Below, piece after piece: positions 22,655-30,991 of a stretch of DNA of 32,000 nt (positions are counted from its first letter, which is position 1; the number at the start of each line of letters is the position of its first letter). Origin of the DNA: Phycisphaera mikurensis NBRC 102666 (lineage in GTDB: Bacteria; Planctomycetota; Phycisphaerae; Phycisphaerales; Phycisphaeraceae); contig NC_017080.1 in assembly GCF_000284115.1 (NCBI RefSeq), positions 2,580,001-2,612,000 of the forward strand. The letters run 5' to 3'. Below the pieces are notes generated by a model. It was not told the DNA's origin, made no database searches, and saw only the letters and a list, made by a program, of their open reading frames with translations. Made by a program: the position numbers and the translations under genes.

Positions 22655-24580
22655 TCAGGGCCGCCGGTGCGCGTCGGAAGCACGCCGCGCCGCGTCCACG
22701 ACCTGGCCGGCGGTGTAGGCCTCGGAGTTGAGCGTCACGCGGCCGTCGGGTGCGCGGACGAGCAGGGCGGGGATCGCGACGCGGCCGGCGTCGGCGAGCA
22801 GGGCCTCGCCGGCGGCGTTGCTGCCGGTGAGGTCGACCTTCACGAAGGCGACGCCCCCGTCGGCGAGGCCGGAGACGGCGTCGCTGAAGAGCACGGTCCG
22901 CTCGAGCACCTTGCAGTTGATGCACCAGTCGGCGGTGAAGTCGATGACGGCGACGCGGTCTTCGGCGGCCAGCCGCTCCAGCACGCCGGGCTCGTAGGCG
23001 ATCCAGTCGATCGGCTCGTCCTCGGAAGCGGCGAAGCTGAACCACGCCGCGCCGGCCAGCGTGGCCGCCGCGACGGCCGAGAACACCACCGGCCAGGCGC
23101 GTCCGCGTGCGTGCCGCCAGGCCTTCCAGGCCGCCACGGCGGCGGCGGCCACGAGCAGCCACGGGATGGCGAACCACGCCGCGTGCCCCGCCGCGCGGGC
23201 GCCGAGCGCCAGCAAGCCGGCGCCGACGAAGTAGGCCGCGGCCGCGAGCATCGCCAGCGCCATCACCTGCTTCACCGCCGCGGCGCCGGGCCCGGCCCGC
23301 GGCACCCACGCGACCAGCTTCGGGAAGGCCGCGAGCAGCACGTACGGAAGGGCCATGCCGACGCCGATGGCGGCGAACACCGCAAGCGTCACCCCGGCGG
23401 GCCGCGTCGTCGCCCACGCCGCGGCCGAGCCCATGAACGGCGCCGTGCACGGGGTCGAGAGCACCGCCGTCATCACGCCCAGCAGCAGGTGCCCGAGCCA
23501 CCCGCCCCGCGCGGTGTCGACGGCGTAGACGGCGCGTGGGAGCGGGATCGTGAACCAGCCGGCCATGCCAACCGCCAGCACCGCGATGACCGCCCCGACG
23601 CCGAGCGTGAACAGCGGCCGCTGGAACAGCGAGTGCACCGCGTCCAGCCCCGTCAGCGAGGCGATCGCCGCGCCCAGCGCGAGCCAGAACCCGACGATGC
23701 CCACCCCCGTCAGCAGGCCGGCGGCGAGCGCTTGCCCCCGGGAGTCGGCCTTGGCGGCGAGGCCCATCGCCTTGATGGGCAGCACCGGGAGCACGCAGGG
23801 CGTGAGGTTCAGCAGCAGCCCGCCGGAGGCCGCGAGCAGCAGCAACGCCGCAAAGCCGGCCCAGCCCGCCGGGTCCACGCGGACCGAACGGCCGAAGAAG
23901 CCGAGGCCCACGCCGCCGGCGGGACCCGCCGCGGCGGGGGAAGTGCCGGCGTGGATCTCGGCCCAGACGCCGGGGTCGAAGCCGTCGAACAGCGGCGGGG
24001 GCGTCCCGCTCGCGGCGCCGGCCTTCACCTCCACCTCCAGCGGCAGCGTCGCCCCCCTCACCGGCCGCATGCACCGCGTGTCGTCGCAGGCCTGCAGCGT
24101 GACCGCCACCGCCAGCGGGTACACGCCCTCGGCCGCGTCCGCCGCCACCGTGACCGGCACGTACACGACGCCGACGCCGCCGAAGACCGCATAGTCCACC
24201 GGCTCGTCGAGGAAGGCGACTTCCACCACCTCCGGCTCGGGCCAGGCGGTGAAGCCGGCGTGGGCCGCCAGCGGCGCCCCGGGATCCGGCTCGACCGCCA
24301 CCGCCGTGGCGATGTAGAGCGACGCGTCGCCCAGCGCCGGGGGCACCACCGGGGCTTGGGTGTGCGTGTGCCAGCCGGGGTCGTGCTCCAGCACGACGGC
24401 GACCACGAGGCTGCCGCCGGGCGCCACCGCCCCGCCGCCGGTGGACAGCTCCGCCCGCACCGCGACGTGGGCGGTCGAGTCGTTGGGCTTCTGCGGCAGC
24501 TCCGCCCGCCAACCCTGGGCCTGCGCGAGCGGGCCGAGGGTCATCGCCAGCAGCAGGAGGAGGATCAGGCGTGCGGCCAC
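22655..24580 (-). CDS. Thiol:disulfide interchange protein DsbD-like (N-terminal periplasmic domain, DsbD/CcdA membrane core, C-terminal thioredoxin)
   Basis: Track ORF 22655..24661 (TTG start). The GTG at 24580 gives a clean signal peptide (V)AARLILLLLLAMTLGPLAQAQG. Membrane core contains LNLTPCVLPVLP and LSTPCTAPF (the two conserved Cys). C-terminal FTADWCINCKVLE is a thioredoxin CxxC. Confidence 0.85.
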   Translation of the reverse strand: MAARLILLLLLAMTLGPLAQAQGWRAELPQKPNDSTAHVAVRAELSTGGGAVAPGGSLVVAVVLEHDPGWHTHTQAPVVPPALGDASLYIATAVAVEPDPGAPLAAHAGFTAWPEPEVVEVAFLDEPVDYAVFGGVGVVYVPVTVAADAAEGVYPLAVAVTLQACDDTRCMRPVRGATLPLEVEVKAGAASGTPPPLFDGFDPGVWAEIHAGTSPAAAGPAGGVGLGFFGRSVRVDPAGWAGFAALLLLAASGGLLLNLTPCVLPVLPIKAMGLAAKADSRGQALAAGLLTGVGIVGFWLALGAAIASLTGLDAVHSLFQRPLFTLGVGAVIAVLAVGMAGWFTIPLPRAVYAVDTARGGWLGHLLLGVMTAVLSTPCTAPFMGSAAAWATTRPAGVTLAVFAAIGVGMALPYVLLAAFPKLVAWVPRAGPGAAAVKQVMALAMLAAAAYFVGAGLLALGARAAGHAAWFAIPWLLVAAAAVAAWKAWRHARGRAWPVVFSAVAAATLAGAAWFSFAASEDEPIDWIAYEPGVLERLAAEDRVAVIDFTADWCINCKVLERTVLFSDAVSGLADGGVAFVKVDLTGSNAAGEALLADAGRVAIPALLVRAPDGRVTLNSEAYTAGQVVDAARRASDAHRRP

Positions 24581-24811
24581 GCCGCAGGGTATTCCGCTCC
24601 GCGACGACCGCGTGCCGGCGGCCGCGTCGGGCGACCGCGAGCGGGGGTCCCCCGACGCCAAGCCTCCGGGAACGCCGGGCCGCCGCCGCGATCGCCGCCC
24701 GCCCCGCCGGCACCGGCCGCGCGGCGCCCGCCGCCGGTCGGGGCGCAGCCGCCCCGCGTGCGGCTTTCTCCGTGCCGCCGAAGCGGCGTCGTCCAGGTCG
24801 GGGCCGGCGCT

Positions 24812-25384
24812 TCAGGGGGCGCCGAGCACCGTGCCGCCGGTGATCGTCGCCTCGATCACCAGCACCACGTCGCGGCTGTCCGGCGGCACGTCCAGCAGCT
24901 GCTGCGTCCGGACGCGGACCGAGCGGACCTGCTTGTCGTCGCTCATCAGGCAGTAGACGTCGGTGGGTCCGAGGCCGGGCCCGTCGAGCTCCTGGCACTG
25001 CTTCAGGGTGGGCGTCTGCAGCGCATCGAAGAGCGTCTTGAGGCGGTTGTCGATGTCGCCGCCCCCGGAGAGGATGTTGCCCAAGGCGCCGGGCTGCAGC
25101 AGCAGGATGTCCAGCGCGACCAGCGGCCGGTCCGGCCGCACCGACAGCGGGTCGGCGGACGCCACGGGCAGGAACTTCCACCGGCCGTCGCTCACCGGCG
25201 CATCGGTGGCGAAGCGGCGGTGCGTCCGGCCGGGGTCCAGCCGGTGCTGCGGCGTCGACTCCAGCGCCCGCTCGAGCTGGGGGGCGAAGTGCAGCCGCAG
25301 CGCCTGCTTCTGCCGCAGGTTGCCGTTGGCCTTCAGCGGGCCGCGGTAGAAGAGGGAGGCCTCGATCCGCCAACGGTAAGGCAC
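24812..25384 (-). CDS. Hypothetical protein with RusA-like (Holliday-junction resolvase fold) motifs
   Basis: 190 aa with a GTG start and very high GC3. By eye against E. coli RusA as I recall it: [12 protein letters not shown] resembles [21 protein letters not shown]...[16 protein letters not shown] resembles [42 protein letters not shown] resembles FWLDDAQVVDYRV; the C-terminal VVLVIEATI resembles RLELTITE. D110/D112/D149-150 would be the acidic triad. Confidence 0.55.
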   Translation of the reverse strand: [190 protein letters not shown]

Positions 25385-25403
25385 GCCGCCGGAGCCCGGT
25401 GCT

Positions 25404-27200
25404 TCAGCGGCGGCGACGCAACGCGGCCAGCCCGCACCCCAGCAAGCCCAGCACCGCCGGCTCGGGCACCGCGGCGGAGCCCACCAGCGTGGTGACGCTG
25501 TGCGGCCGCAGCGTGAGCTCCATCAGGCCCTCCTCGTCGAGCGCCGCATCGTTGAGGTGCGCGAAGCGGGCTTGGGCGTCGCTGGCGAATCGCTCGAACA
25601 CGGTCGCGGCGAGCTGGAGGCTCGCGAGGTCCAGCGTGATCGCCTCCTCCTCGGCCGAGGTGTTGACGAGCACGAGCGTGAGCGTGCCCTGCGCCTCGTG
25701 GACGAAAGCCGACGCGAGCACGCCGGCGTCCTCCGCGACGCCGCCGCCGTCGATGCCGACGCGGACGGCGCCCGGCCGCACGTGGCGGAAGAAGTGCTTC
25801 AGGGCGTTGTAGTTCGCGCCGCCGGTGTCCTCGCCGTTGACGGCCTGCGACGGCGAGAGCCCGGGGTTGCCGTCCGCGAAGAGCCAGTAGACGTACGCGG
25901 AGACGTCGCCGTCGACCAGCGCGTGGTGGATGGACGCGGCGAGGCCCATCGCTCCGCCGCCGTCGCCCGCGGCGTCGGAGGTCCAGACGTCCGCCTGCCC
26001 GCTGGTCTCGGTCATCCAAAGCGGCTTGCCGTCGACGGCAAGGCCTTCCCGGGGGATCAGGCCGTCCTTGGGGCCGTACAGCGTGTCCTCGTCGTTGCGG
26101 TACACGTAGCCGAGCCAATCGTCGGTGCCGTCGGCTTTCTTGTTGTCCGCGGGCGTTCGACCGCTCTGCAGCTGCCTCCACATCGTGCCGCCGGCACCGG
26201 CGGCCCCCACGCCCGAGGCGTCGTAGCCGTGCACCGCGTAGGCGTCCAGCGCCGCGAGCGCACCGGGCGTCTCGCGGACCGCGTCGACGAACCGCATCGT
26301 TTGCCAGAAGCTGCCCGGGTCGTCCAGGTCGCCCGAGCCGACGGTCTCGGGCCCGAAGAGCTCCGTGTCGAGGCCGGCTCTCTCCAGCTCGGCGGCGACG
26401 TCGACCAGCGTCCGGGCGTAGACATCCGGGCTGTAGACGGTGCTGCCGTAGAAGGTCGACAGCCGCGGCTCGTTGGCGAAGCTGACGGCGTCGAGCTCGA
26501 CGCCCCAGCGGTCGCCGAAGGCCCGCGTGTAGCCGGCGACGAAGCGGCCGAATTCGGCGCGGTTTTCGGCGGTGTCGATGAGCGAGCCGCCGACGACGTT
26601 GGTCTCGTGGAGGAAAGGCGTCTTGGGGATCGGCCGGCCGAGCCCGTCGAGCCGCGGGATGGCCTCCCCGTCGACCCAATCGACCAGGTACCGGGGCTCG
26701 TTGTCGAACCCCCGCTCCTGCTCCTTCATCCAGATCGGCGGCGACCAGACGGTGCCGATGACCTTGAAGTCGTCGATCCGGCTGGCGTGCATCGCCCCGG
26801 CGAAGCGGCCGTAGATGCCCACCCGCCAGGCGTCCATGTCGAACTTCGCCGCGTTCTCCGCGGGGGTCCCGTCGAGCGCGACCGGGGTGGCGTACGACGC
26901 GTCGGCGTAGATCGCCTCGCGGGGCACCGGCTGGCCGGTGCGGGCGTAGCGATCGTGGAGGGCGGTGTGGTACATGTCGATCCGGAGGATCGACGCGCCC
27001 AGGTCGCGCGTGAACGTCTCCGACAGCGACCGGATCTTCTCGTCGCTGAAGGGGGCGAAACCGGGGATCGAGGCGCCGAAGCCCTCGATCGTCTGGTGGC
27101 GGTCGCCGGCGTCGATCGACACGCGCAGCGAACCCGCCGACGCCGCGGAGCCGACCGCCAGGCAGACGCCGGCCGTCGCGAAGCGGAGAGGAGGAGTCAT
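25404..27200 (-). CDS. Glycoside hydrolase family 30-like protein with PEP-CTERM anchor
   Basis: C-terminal 598 codons of track ORF 25404..27701, from the ATG at 27200 (MTPPLRFATAGVCLAVGSAASAG signal). Motifs: QTIEGFGAS, WSPPIWMK, SFANEP (acid/base Glu) and LWMTETS (nucleophile Glu). C-terminal VPEPAVLGLLGCGLAALRRRR. Confidence 0.82.
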   Translation of the reverse strand: MTPPLRFATAGVCLAVGSAASAGSLRVSIDAGDRHQTIEGFGASIPGFAPFSDEKIRSLSETFTRDLGASILRIDMYHTALHDRYARTGQPVPREAIYADASYATPVALDGTPAENAAKFDMDAWRVGIYGRFAGAMHASRIDDFKVIGTVWSPPIWMKEQERGFDNEPRYLVDWVDGEAIPRLDGLGRPIPKTPFLHETNVVGGSLIDTAENRAEFGRFVAGYTRAFGDRWGVELDAVSFANEPRLSTFYGSTVYSPDVYARTLVDVAAELERAGLDTELFGPETVGSGDLDDPGSFWQTMRFVDAVRETPGALAALDAYAVHGYDASGVGAAGAGGTMWRQLQSGRTPADNKKADGTDDWLGYVYRNDEDTLYGPKDGLIPREGLAVDGKPLWMTETSGQADVWTSDAAGDGGGAMGLAASIHHALVDGDVSAYVYWLFADGNPGLSPSQAVNGEDTGGANYNALKHFFRHVRPGAVRVGIDGGGVAEDAGVLASAFVHEAQGTLTLVLVNTSAEEEAITLDLASLQLAATVFERFASDAQARFAHLNDAALDEEGLMELTLRPHSVTTLVGSAAVPEPAVLGLLGCGLAALRRRR

Positions 27201-27298
27201 GTTGGAAGCTCCATCGGGACAGGCTGAAGCCCCCGTCGGCCCGAAGCCACGGGGGCAAACCCGGATGCGGAGCGTATCGGGCCTCAGGCCCCGTCGCT

Positions 27299-27348
27299 GA
27301 AGCCGCGGACCGCGGCTTCCACCGGCCCGCGTCGCCCGCGGTCCGCGG
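27299..27348. promoter_or_regulatory. Pair of CCGCGG-N1-CCGCGG palindromes (candidate operator) in the divergent GH30 / zinc-ribbon intergenic region
   Basis: Perfect 10-bp inverted repeat GAAGCCGCGG-A-CCGCGGCTTC at 27299-27319, and CCGCGG-T-CCGCGG at 27336-27348. Centres are 33 bp apart. Confidence 0.3.
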
Positions 27349-27540
27349 ATCCGCCCGCGTGAGGCGCGACGCGGTCCGATGCCCCCGCGCGGCGCGAGCC
27401 GGGGGCCGGGAGCCGGTGCGGAGCCACGCTCGACGGAGGCCGGACGCCGGGCCGCCGGCGCGCGAGCGGCGGCGTGGGTTCCTCGCGGCGAGCGGAGCGG
27501 GCGGGATCGAGTCCGTGCCGCGTCCGGTGTACCTTCGCCC

Positions 27541-27972
27541 ATGCCCGACGCCGACCGAAGCCGCTCCCGCACGCCGCCACGCGGTGACGCCGCGAAGCCG
27601 AAAGAAGCCGGCGCCGACGGGACGGATGCCGAGGGAGGGGGCGCTCCGAGGCGTCGGAAGGTCCGCACCCGGCAGTGCTTCCACTGCATGACGCCGTGCA
27701 CCGTGCTGCACCGGGTGCGCGTGGTGCGGGGCGGGCCGTGGGCGAGCGTGTGCGACCTGTGCTGGGGTCACCGCTGCGACGGCAACCCGCACTACGCCTA
27801 CGGCGGGCTCTGGACCGCCGGCCGGCTCACGCAGCCGGGGGAGCAGAGAGCGACCGCGGCGAAGCGTTCCCGGCCGGTGAAGGGCTCGCGGAAGCGCCCG
27901 TCGCGCAGCGGGTCGGGTCCGGCCGCCGGACCCGGCGGAGCGCCCCGGCCGGCCGACCCGCCGCGTCCGTGA
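27541..27972 (+). CDS. Small basic Cys4 zinc-ribbon protein, function unknown
   Basis: Track ORF 27379..27972; ATG at 27541. The core CFHCMTPCTVLHRVRVVRGGPWASVCDLCWGHRCDGNPHYAYGGLW carries CxxC...CxxC pairs and is flanked by Arg/Lys/Pro-rich disordered tails. Coding status is supported only by GC3 and the Cys pattern. Confidence 0.5.
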   Translation: MPDADRSRSRTPPRGDAAKPKEAGADGTDAEGGGAPRRRKVRTRQCFHCMTPCTVLHRVRVVRGGPWASVCDLCWGHRCDGNPHYAYGGLWTAGRLTQPGEQRATAAKRSRPVKGSRKRPSRSGSGPAAGPGGAPRPADPPRP

Positions 27973-28050
27973 GGCGGAGGCGGCGCGTGGGCACCTCCCG
28001 CTCGGGCTCGCCCCACCCTCACCCCGAACGCCACCCCCCGCGCGGCGGGA

Positions 28051-28085
<35 letters not shown>

Positions 28086-28195
28086 ACCGTGCCGACGGAC
28101 GCGAACCGGAGACACAGCCCGCAGCGGCGGACGAAACCACGACTTCGCGCCTCGCGGAACCGGCTCGAACACCCGGGTCGATCCTGGGAGGCGTC

Positions 28196-29935
28196 CTACA
28201 TCCGCTCCGGCACGCCGATGCCCAGCAGGCCCAGCGCATCCTCCAGCGCCTCCGCGACGAGGCGCGAGAGCGCAAGGCGGCTGCCGCGGGTCGCCTCGTG
28301 CCCGTCCTTGAGCACCGGGCAGGCCTCGTAGAAACGGTGGTACAGCGTCGCCAGCTCGAAGGCCCACGCGGCGAGGCGGTGCGGTTCCAGGCTGTCGGCC
28401 ACGGCGTCGAGCGTCGCGGCGTAGCGGGCGAGGTGCAGCACCAACGCCCGCTCGGCGGGCGCCTCCGCCGCGATCGGAGGGAGGTCCGCCGCCTCGAAGT
28501 CGACCCCGCCCTTGCGGAAGATGCTGCGGATGCGGGCGTAGCTGTACTGCAGGTACGGGGCCGTGTTGCCCTCCAGCGCGAGCATCCTCCCCCAGTCGAA
28601 CACGTAGTCCTTGACCCGGTCGCCCGAGAGGTCGGCGTACTTGACCGCGCCGATCCCGACCAGCCGCCCCACCGCCTCGCGTTCGTCCGCCGGCAGATCC
28701 GGGTTCTTCTGCGCCACCACCGCCGTCGCCTTCTCGACCGCCTCGTCCAGCACGTCGGTCAGCTTCACCGTCCCGCCGTCGCGCGTCTTGAAGGGCCGCT
28801 TGTCGGGCCCGAGGATCGTGCCGAAGGCGGCGTGGTCCATCCGCGTCTGCGCGTCGGCGAGGCCGGCGTCGCGAGCGGCCGCGAAGAACTTCTGGAAGTG
28901 CTCCCGCTGCCGCGAGTCCACCACGTACACGAGCCGGTCGCCGCCGAGCTCCTTCACCCGGTGCGCCGCGGCCGCCAGGTCGGTCGTGGCGTAGCCGTGG
29001 CCGCCGTCGGACTTCTCGATGATCAGCGGCGTCTCGAAGCCCGCGACGAACACGCACAGCGCCCCGTCGCTCCGCGTCGCGTGGCCGCCCGATTCGAGCC
29101 GCCGGCAGAGCGGGCCGAGCGCCTCGTTGTACGCCGACTCCGGCTTGAGGTCGCCGTCGTCGAGCAGCAGCCCCAGCCGCGCGAACACCTCGTTCATGTG
29201 CCGCAGCGACTCGCCGATCAGCGAGCGCCAGAACGCCCGCGCCTCCGGCTCGCCCGCCTGCAGCGCCACGACCCGCCTCCGGGCCGATTCGGCGAAGGCG
29301 GGATCCGCATCGTCGCGCCGCTTCGCTTGCTGGTACAGCTCGTTGAGGTCGCCGATGGCCCGATCCTCGCCCTCGCGATCCGCCCAGCCGGTCTCGATCA
29401 GGTGCTCGAGCAGCATCCCGAACTGCGTTCCCCAGTCGCCGATGTGGTTCTGCCGGATGACCCGGTCGCCGCGTCGCTCCAGAACCCGGCACAGCGCGTC
29501 GCCGATCACCGACGACCGCAGGTGCCCCACGTGCATCTCCTTCGCGAGGTTCGGGCTCCCGTAGTCGACGACCACCGTCGTGCCCGTCGGCTCGCCCGGC
29601 CGCGTCGGGTCGAGCCCGGCCGCCAGCTCGCCGAGCGCCTCCGCCGACAGCGTCAGGTTCAGAAACCCCGGCCCCGCGACCGCGGCCGGGCCCGCGAGCA
29701 GCCCGCCGGCGTCGCCGAGCGCGGCGGCGATCGCCTCCGCCACCTCCCGCGGCTTCCGCTTCAGCTGCTTCGCCAGCCCCATCGCCGCGTTCGCCTGGAA
29801 GTCCCCGAAACGGGGGTCGCTTGCCGGCCGCAGCATCGGCTCGGCATCGGCCGGCGCATCGGGCAGCGCCCGGCGGATGGCTCTGTGGATCGCGGCCTCG
29901 AGCTGGATCTGCGGGTCGGTCGGTCGCTCAGGCAT
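28196..29935 (-). CDS. argS: Arginine--tRNA ligase
   Basis: 579 aa with an ATG start. VVDYGSPNLAKEMHVGHLRSSVIGD (HIGH-type motif), IRQNHIGDWGTQFGML, and a C-terminal anticodon-binding region ending ...LGIGVPERM (typical ArgS terminal M). Confidence 0.95.
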   Translation of the reverse strand: MPERPTDPQIQLEAAIHRAIRRALPDAPADAEPMLRPASDPRFGDFQANAAMGLAKQLKRKPREVAEAIAAALGDAGGLLAGPAAVAGPGFLNLTLSAEALGELAAGLDPTRPGEPTGTTVVVDYGSPNLAKEMHVGHLRSSVIGDALCRVLERRGDRVIRQNHIGDWGTQFGMLLEHLIETGWADREGEDRAIGDLNELYQQAKRRDDADPAFAESARRRVVALQAGEPEARAFWRSLIGESLRHMNEVFARLGLLLDDGDLKPESAYNEALGPLCRRLESGGHATRSDGALCVFVAGFETPLIIEKSDGGHGYATTDLAAAAHRVKELGGDRLVYVVDSRQREHFQKFFAAARDAGLADAQTRMDHAAFGTILGPDKRPFKTRDGGTVKLTDVLDEAVEKATAVVAQKNPDLPADEREAVGRLVGIGAVKYADLSGDRVKDYVFDWGRMLALEGNTAPYLQYSYARIRSIFRKGGVDFEAADLPPIAAEAPAERALVLHLARYAATLDAVADSLEPHRLAAWAFELATLYHRFYEACPVLKDGHEATRGSRLALSRLVAEALEDALGLLGIGVPERM

Positions 29936-29947
29936 GAGCGGGGGAGA

Positions 29948-30116
29948 CTAGAGCATCTTGTGCCGTTTCCTGACGAGCCCGCGTCCGCGGGGCGTGTCCC
30001 TCGCGAGGCGGCGAAGCCGCCCTGCCCCTGCGGGGCGATGCAGCCGACGGAGCGTGGGGCACGATCCGCCCGCAGCGGCGCTCAGGAGAGGGCGCACGGC
30101 GTCCTCCTCGAGAGCA
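29948..30116 (+). repeat. MITE-like hairpin element, family 2, copy D (more decayed)
   Basis: Starts with CTAGAGCAT, like copy C. The core GGCGAAGCCGCCCTGCCCCTGCGGGGCGATGCAGCCGACGGAGCG is about 85-90% identical by eye to 16515-16559. The arms (TTTCCTGACGAG / CGCTCAGGAGAG) differ from copy C but remain self-complementary. The right end is a degenerate CTCGAGAGCA. Confidence 0.6.
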
Positions 30117-30198
30117 AGAAGGCACCCGCCGAGGAGAGGAAGCTCCGGGAGGAAGGACAGGGACGCTCGGCCGCCGCCTCCGCAAGGCGTGCCCCCCT

Positions 30199-30900
30199 TC
30201 AGCTCTGCTCGCTCTTGCGGATCCGCTCGTGGATCGCGTGCCGCGTGAGCTCGTTGCCGTTCTTGAGGCGCAGCTTCGCCTTGATCTTCTCGCGGTAGGT
30301 CTCGACGGTCTTCACCGAGAGGTGCAGCGTGGCGGCGATCTCGCGGGAGCCCATGCCGTCGCCGATCATCTCGAAGACCTCCAGCTCGCGATCCGAGAGC
30401 TGCTCGACCGCGGAAGGGCCCGGCTCGCCGTCGGTGCTCTTCTGCGTGGCGACCCGGGCGGCGGCGGCTTCGGAGAGGTACACCTCGCCGGCGGCCACCC
30501 GCCGGACGGCGGCGACGATGTGGTCCGTCGCGAGGTCCTTGCGGAGGTAGCCCGAGGCGCCGGCACGCAGCACCCGATCGACGTAGAGGGATTCGTCGAG
30601 CATCGAGCAGACGAGCATGCGGATCTTCCAGCCGTTGCCGTTGATCTGCTTGATGAGCTCGAGCCCGTGGCCGTCCCCCAGGGACAGGTCCACGAGAGCG
30701 ACGTCGGGCTTGAGGCGTTCGAGCTCGCGGTGCGCCTCCGCGATGCTGGAGGCCTCGCCGACGACGTCGAGGTCGCTCTCGTCGTTGATGAGCTCCGCGA
30801 GGCCGCGGCGGACGATCGGGTGGTCGTCGACGAGGACGACGCGGACGGTGCGGGCCGCGCCGGCGGGCGGGCTCTCGGGGTGGGATCGAAGCAGGGGCAT
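30199..30900 (-). CDS. Two-component response regulator, NarL/FixJ (LuxR-type HTH) family
   Basis: 233 aa with an ATG start. REC: VVLVDDHPIVRRGL...DVALVDLSLGDG...VCSMLDE...GYLRK. C-terminal LuxR HTH: LSDRELEVFEMIGDGMGSREIAATLHLSVKTVETYREKIKAKL. Confidence 0.92.
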   Translation of the reverse strand: MPLLRSHPESPPAGAARTVRVVLVDDHPIVRRGLAELINDESDLDVVGEASSIAEAHRELERLKPDVALVDLSLGDGHGLELIKQINGNGWKIRMLVCSMLDESLYVDRVLRAGASGYLRKDLATDHIVAAVRRVAAGEVYLSEAAAARVATQKSTDGEPGPSAVEQLSDRELEVFEMIGDGMGSREIAATLHLSVKTVETYREKIKAKLRLKNGNELTRHAIHERIRKSEQS

Positions 30901-30991
30901 GGGCGGGGGTCGGGGGGGGTTCGGAAGCTGAGGGGCGGGGGCGGATCTTGACGTCGATCCAAGCAGGGGGAAGAAGCCGGGCGGAGGGAAC

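Noticed and set aside
24812-25384. RusA-like gene as evidence of a prophage or genomic island
   Set aside because: There is no integrase, terminase, capsid, repressor, tRNA attachment site or compositional shift nearby. The flanking genes are ordinary envelope or housekeeping genes on the same strand with the same GC3 bias.
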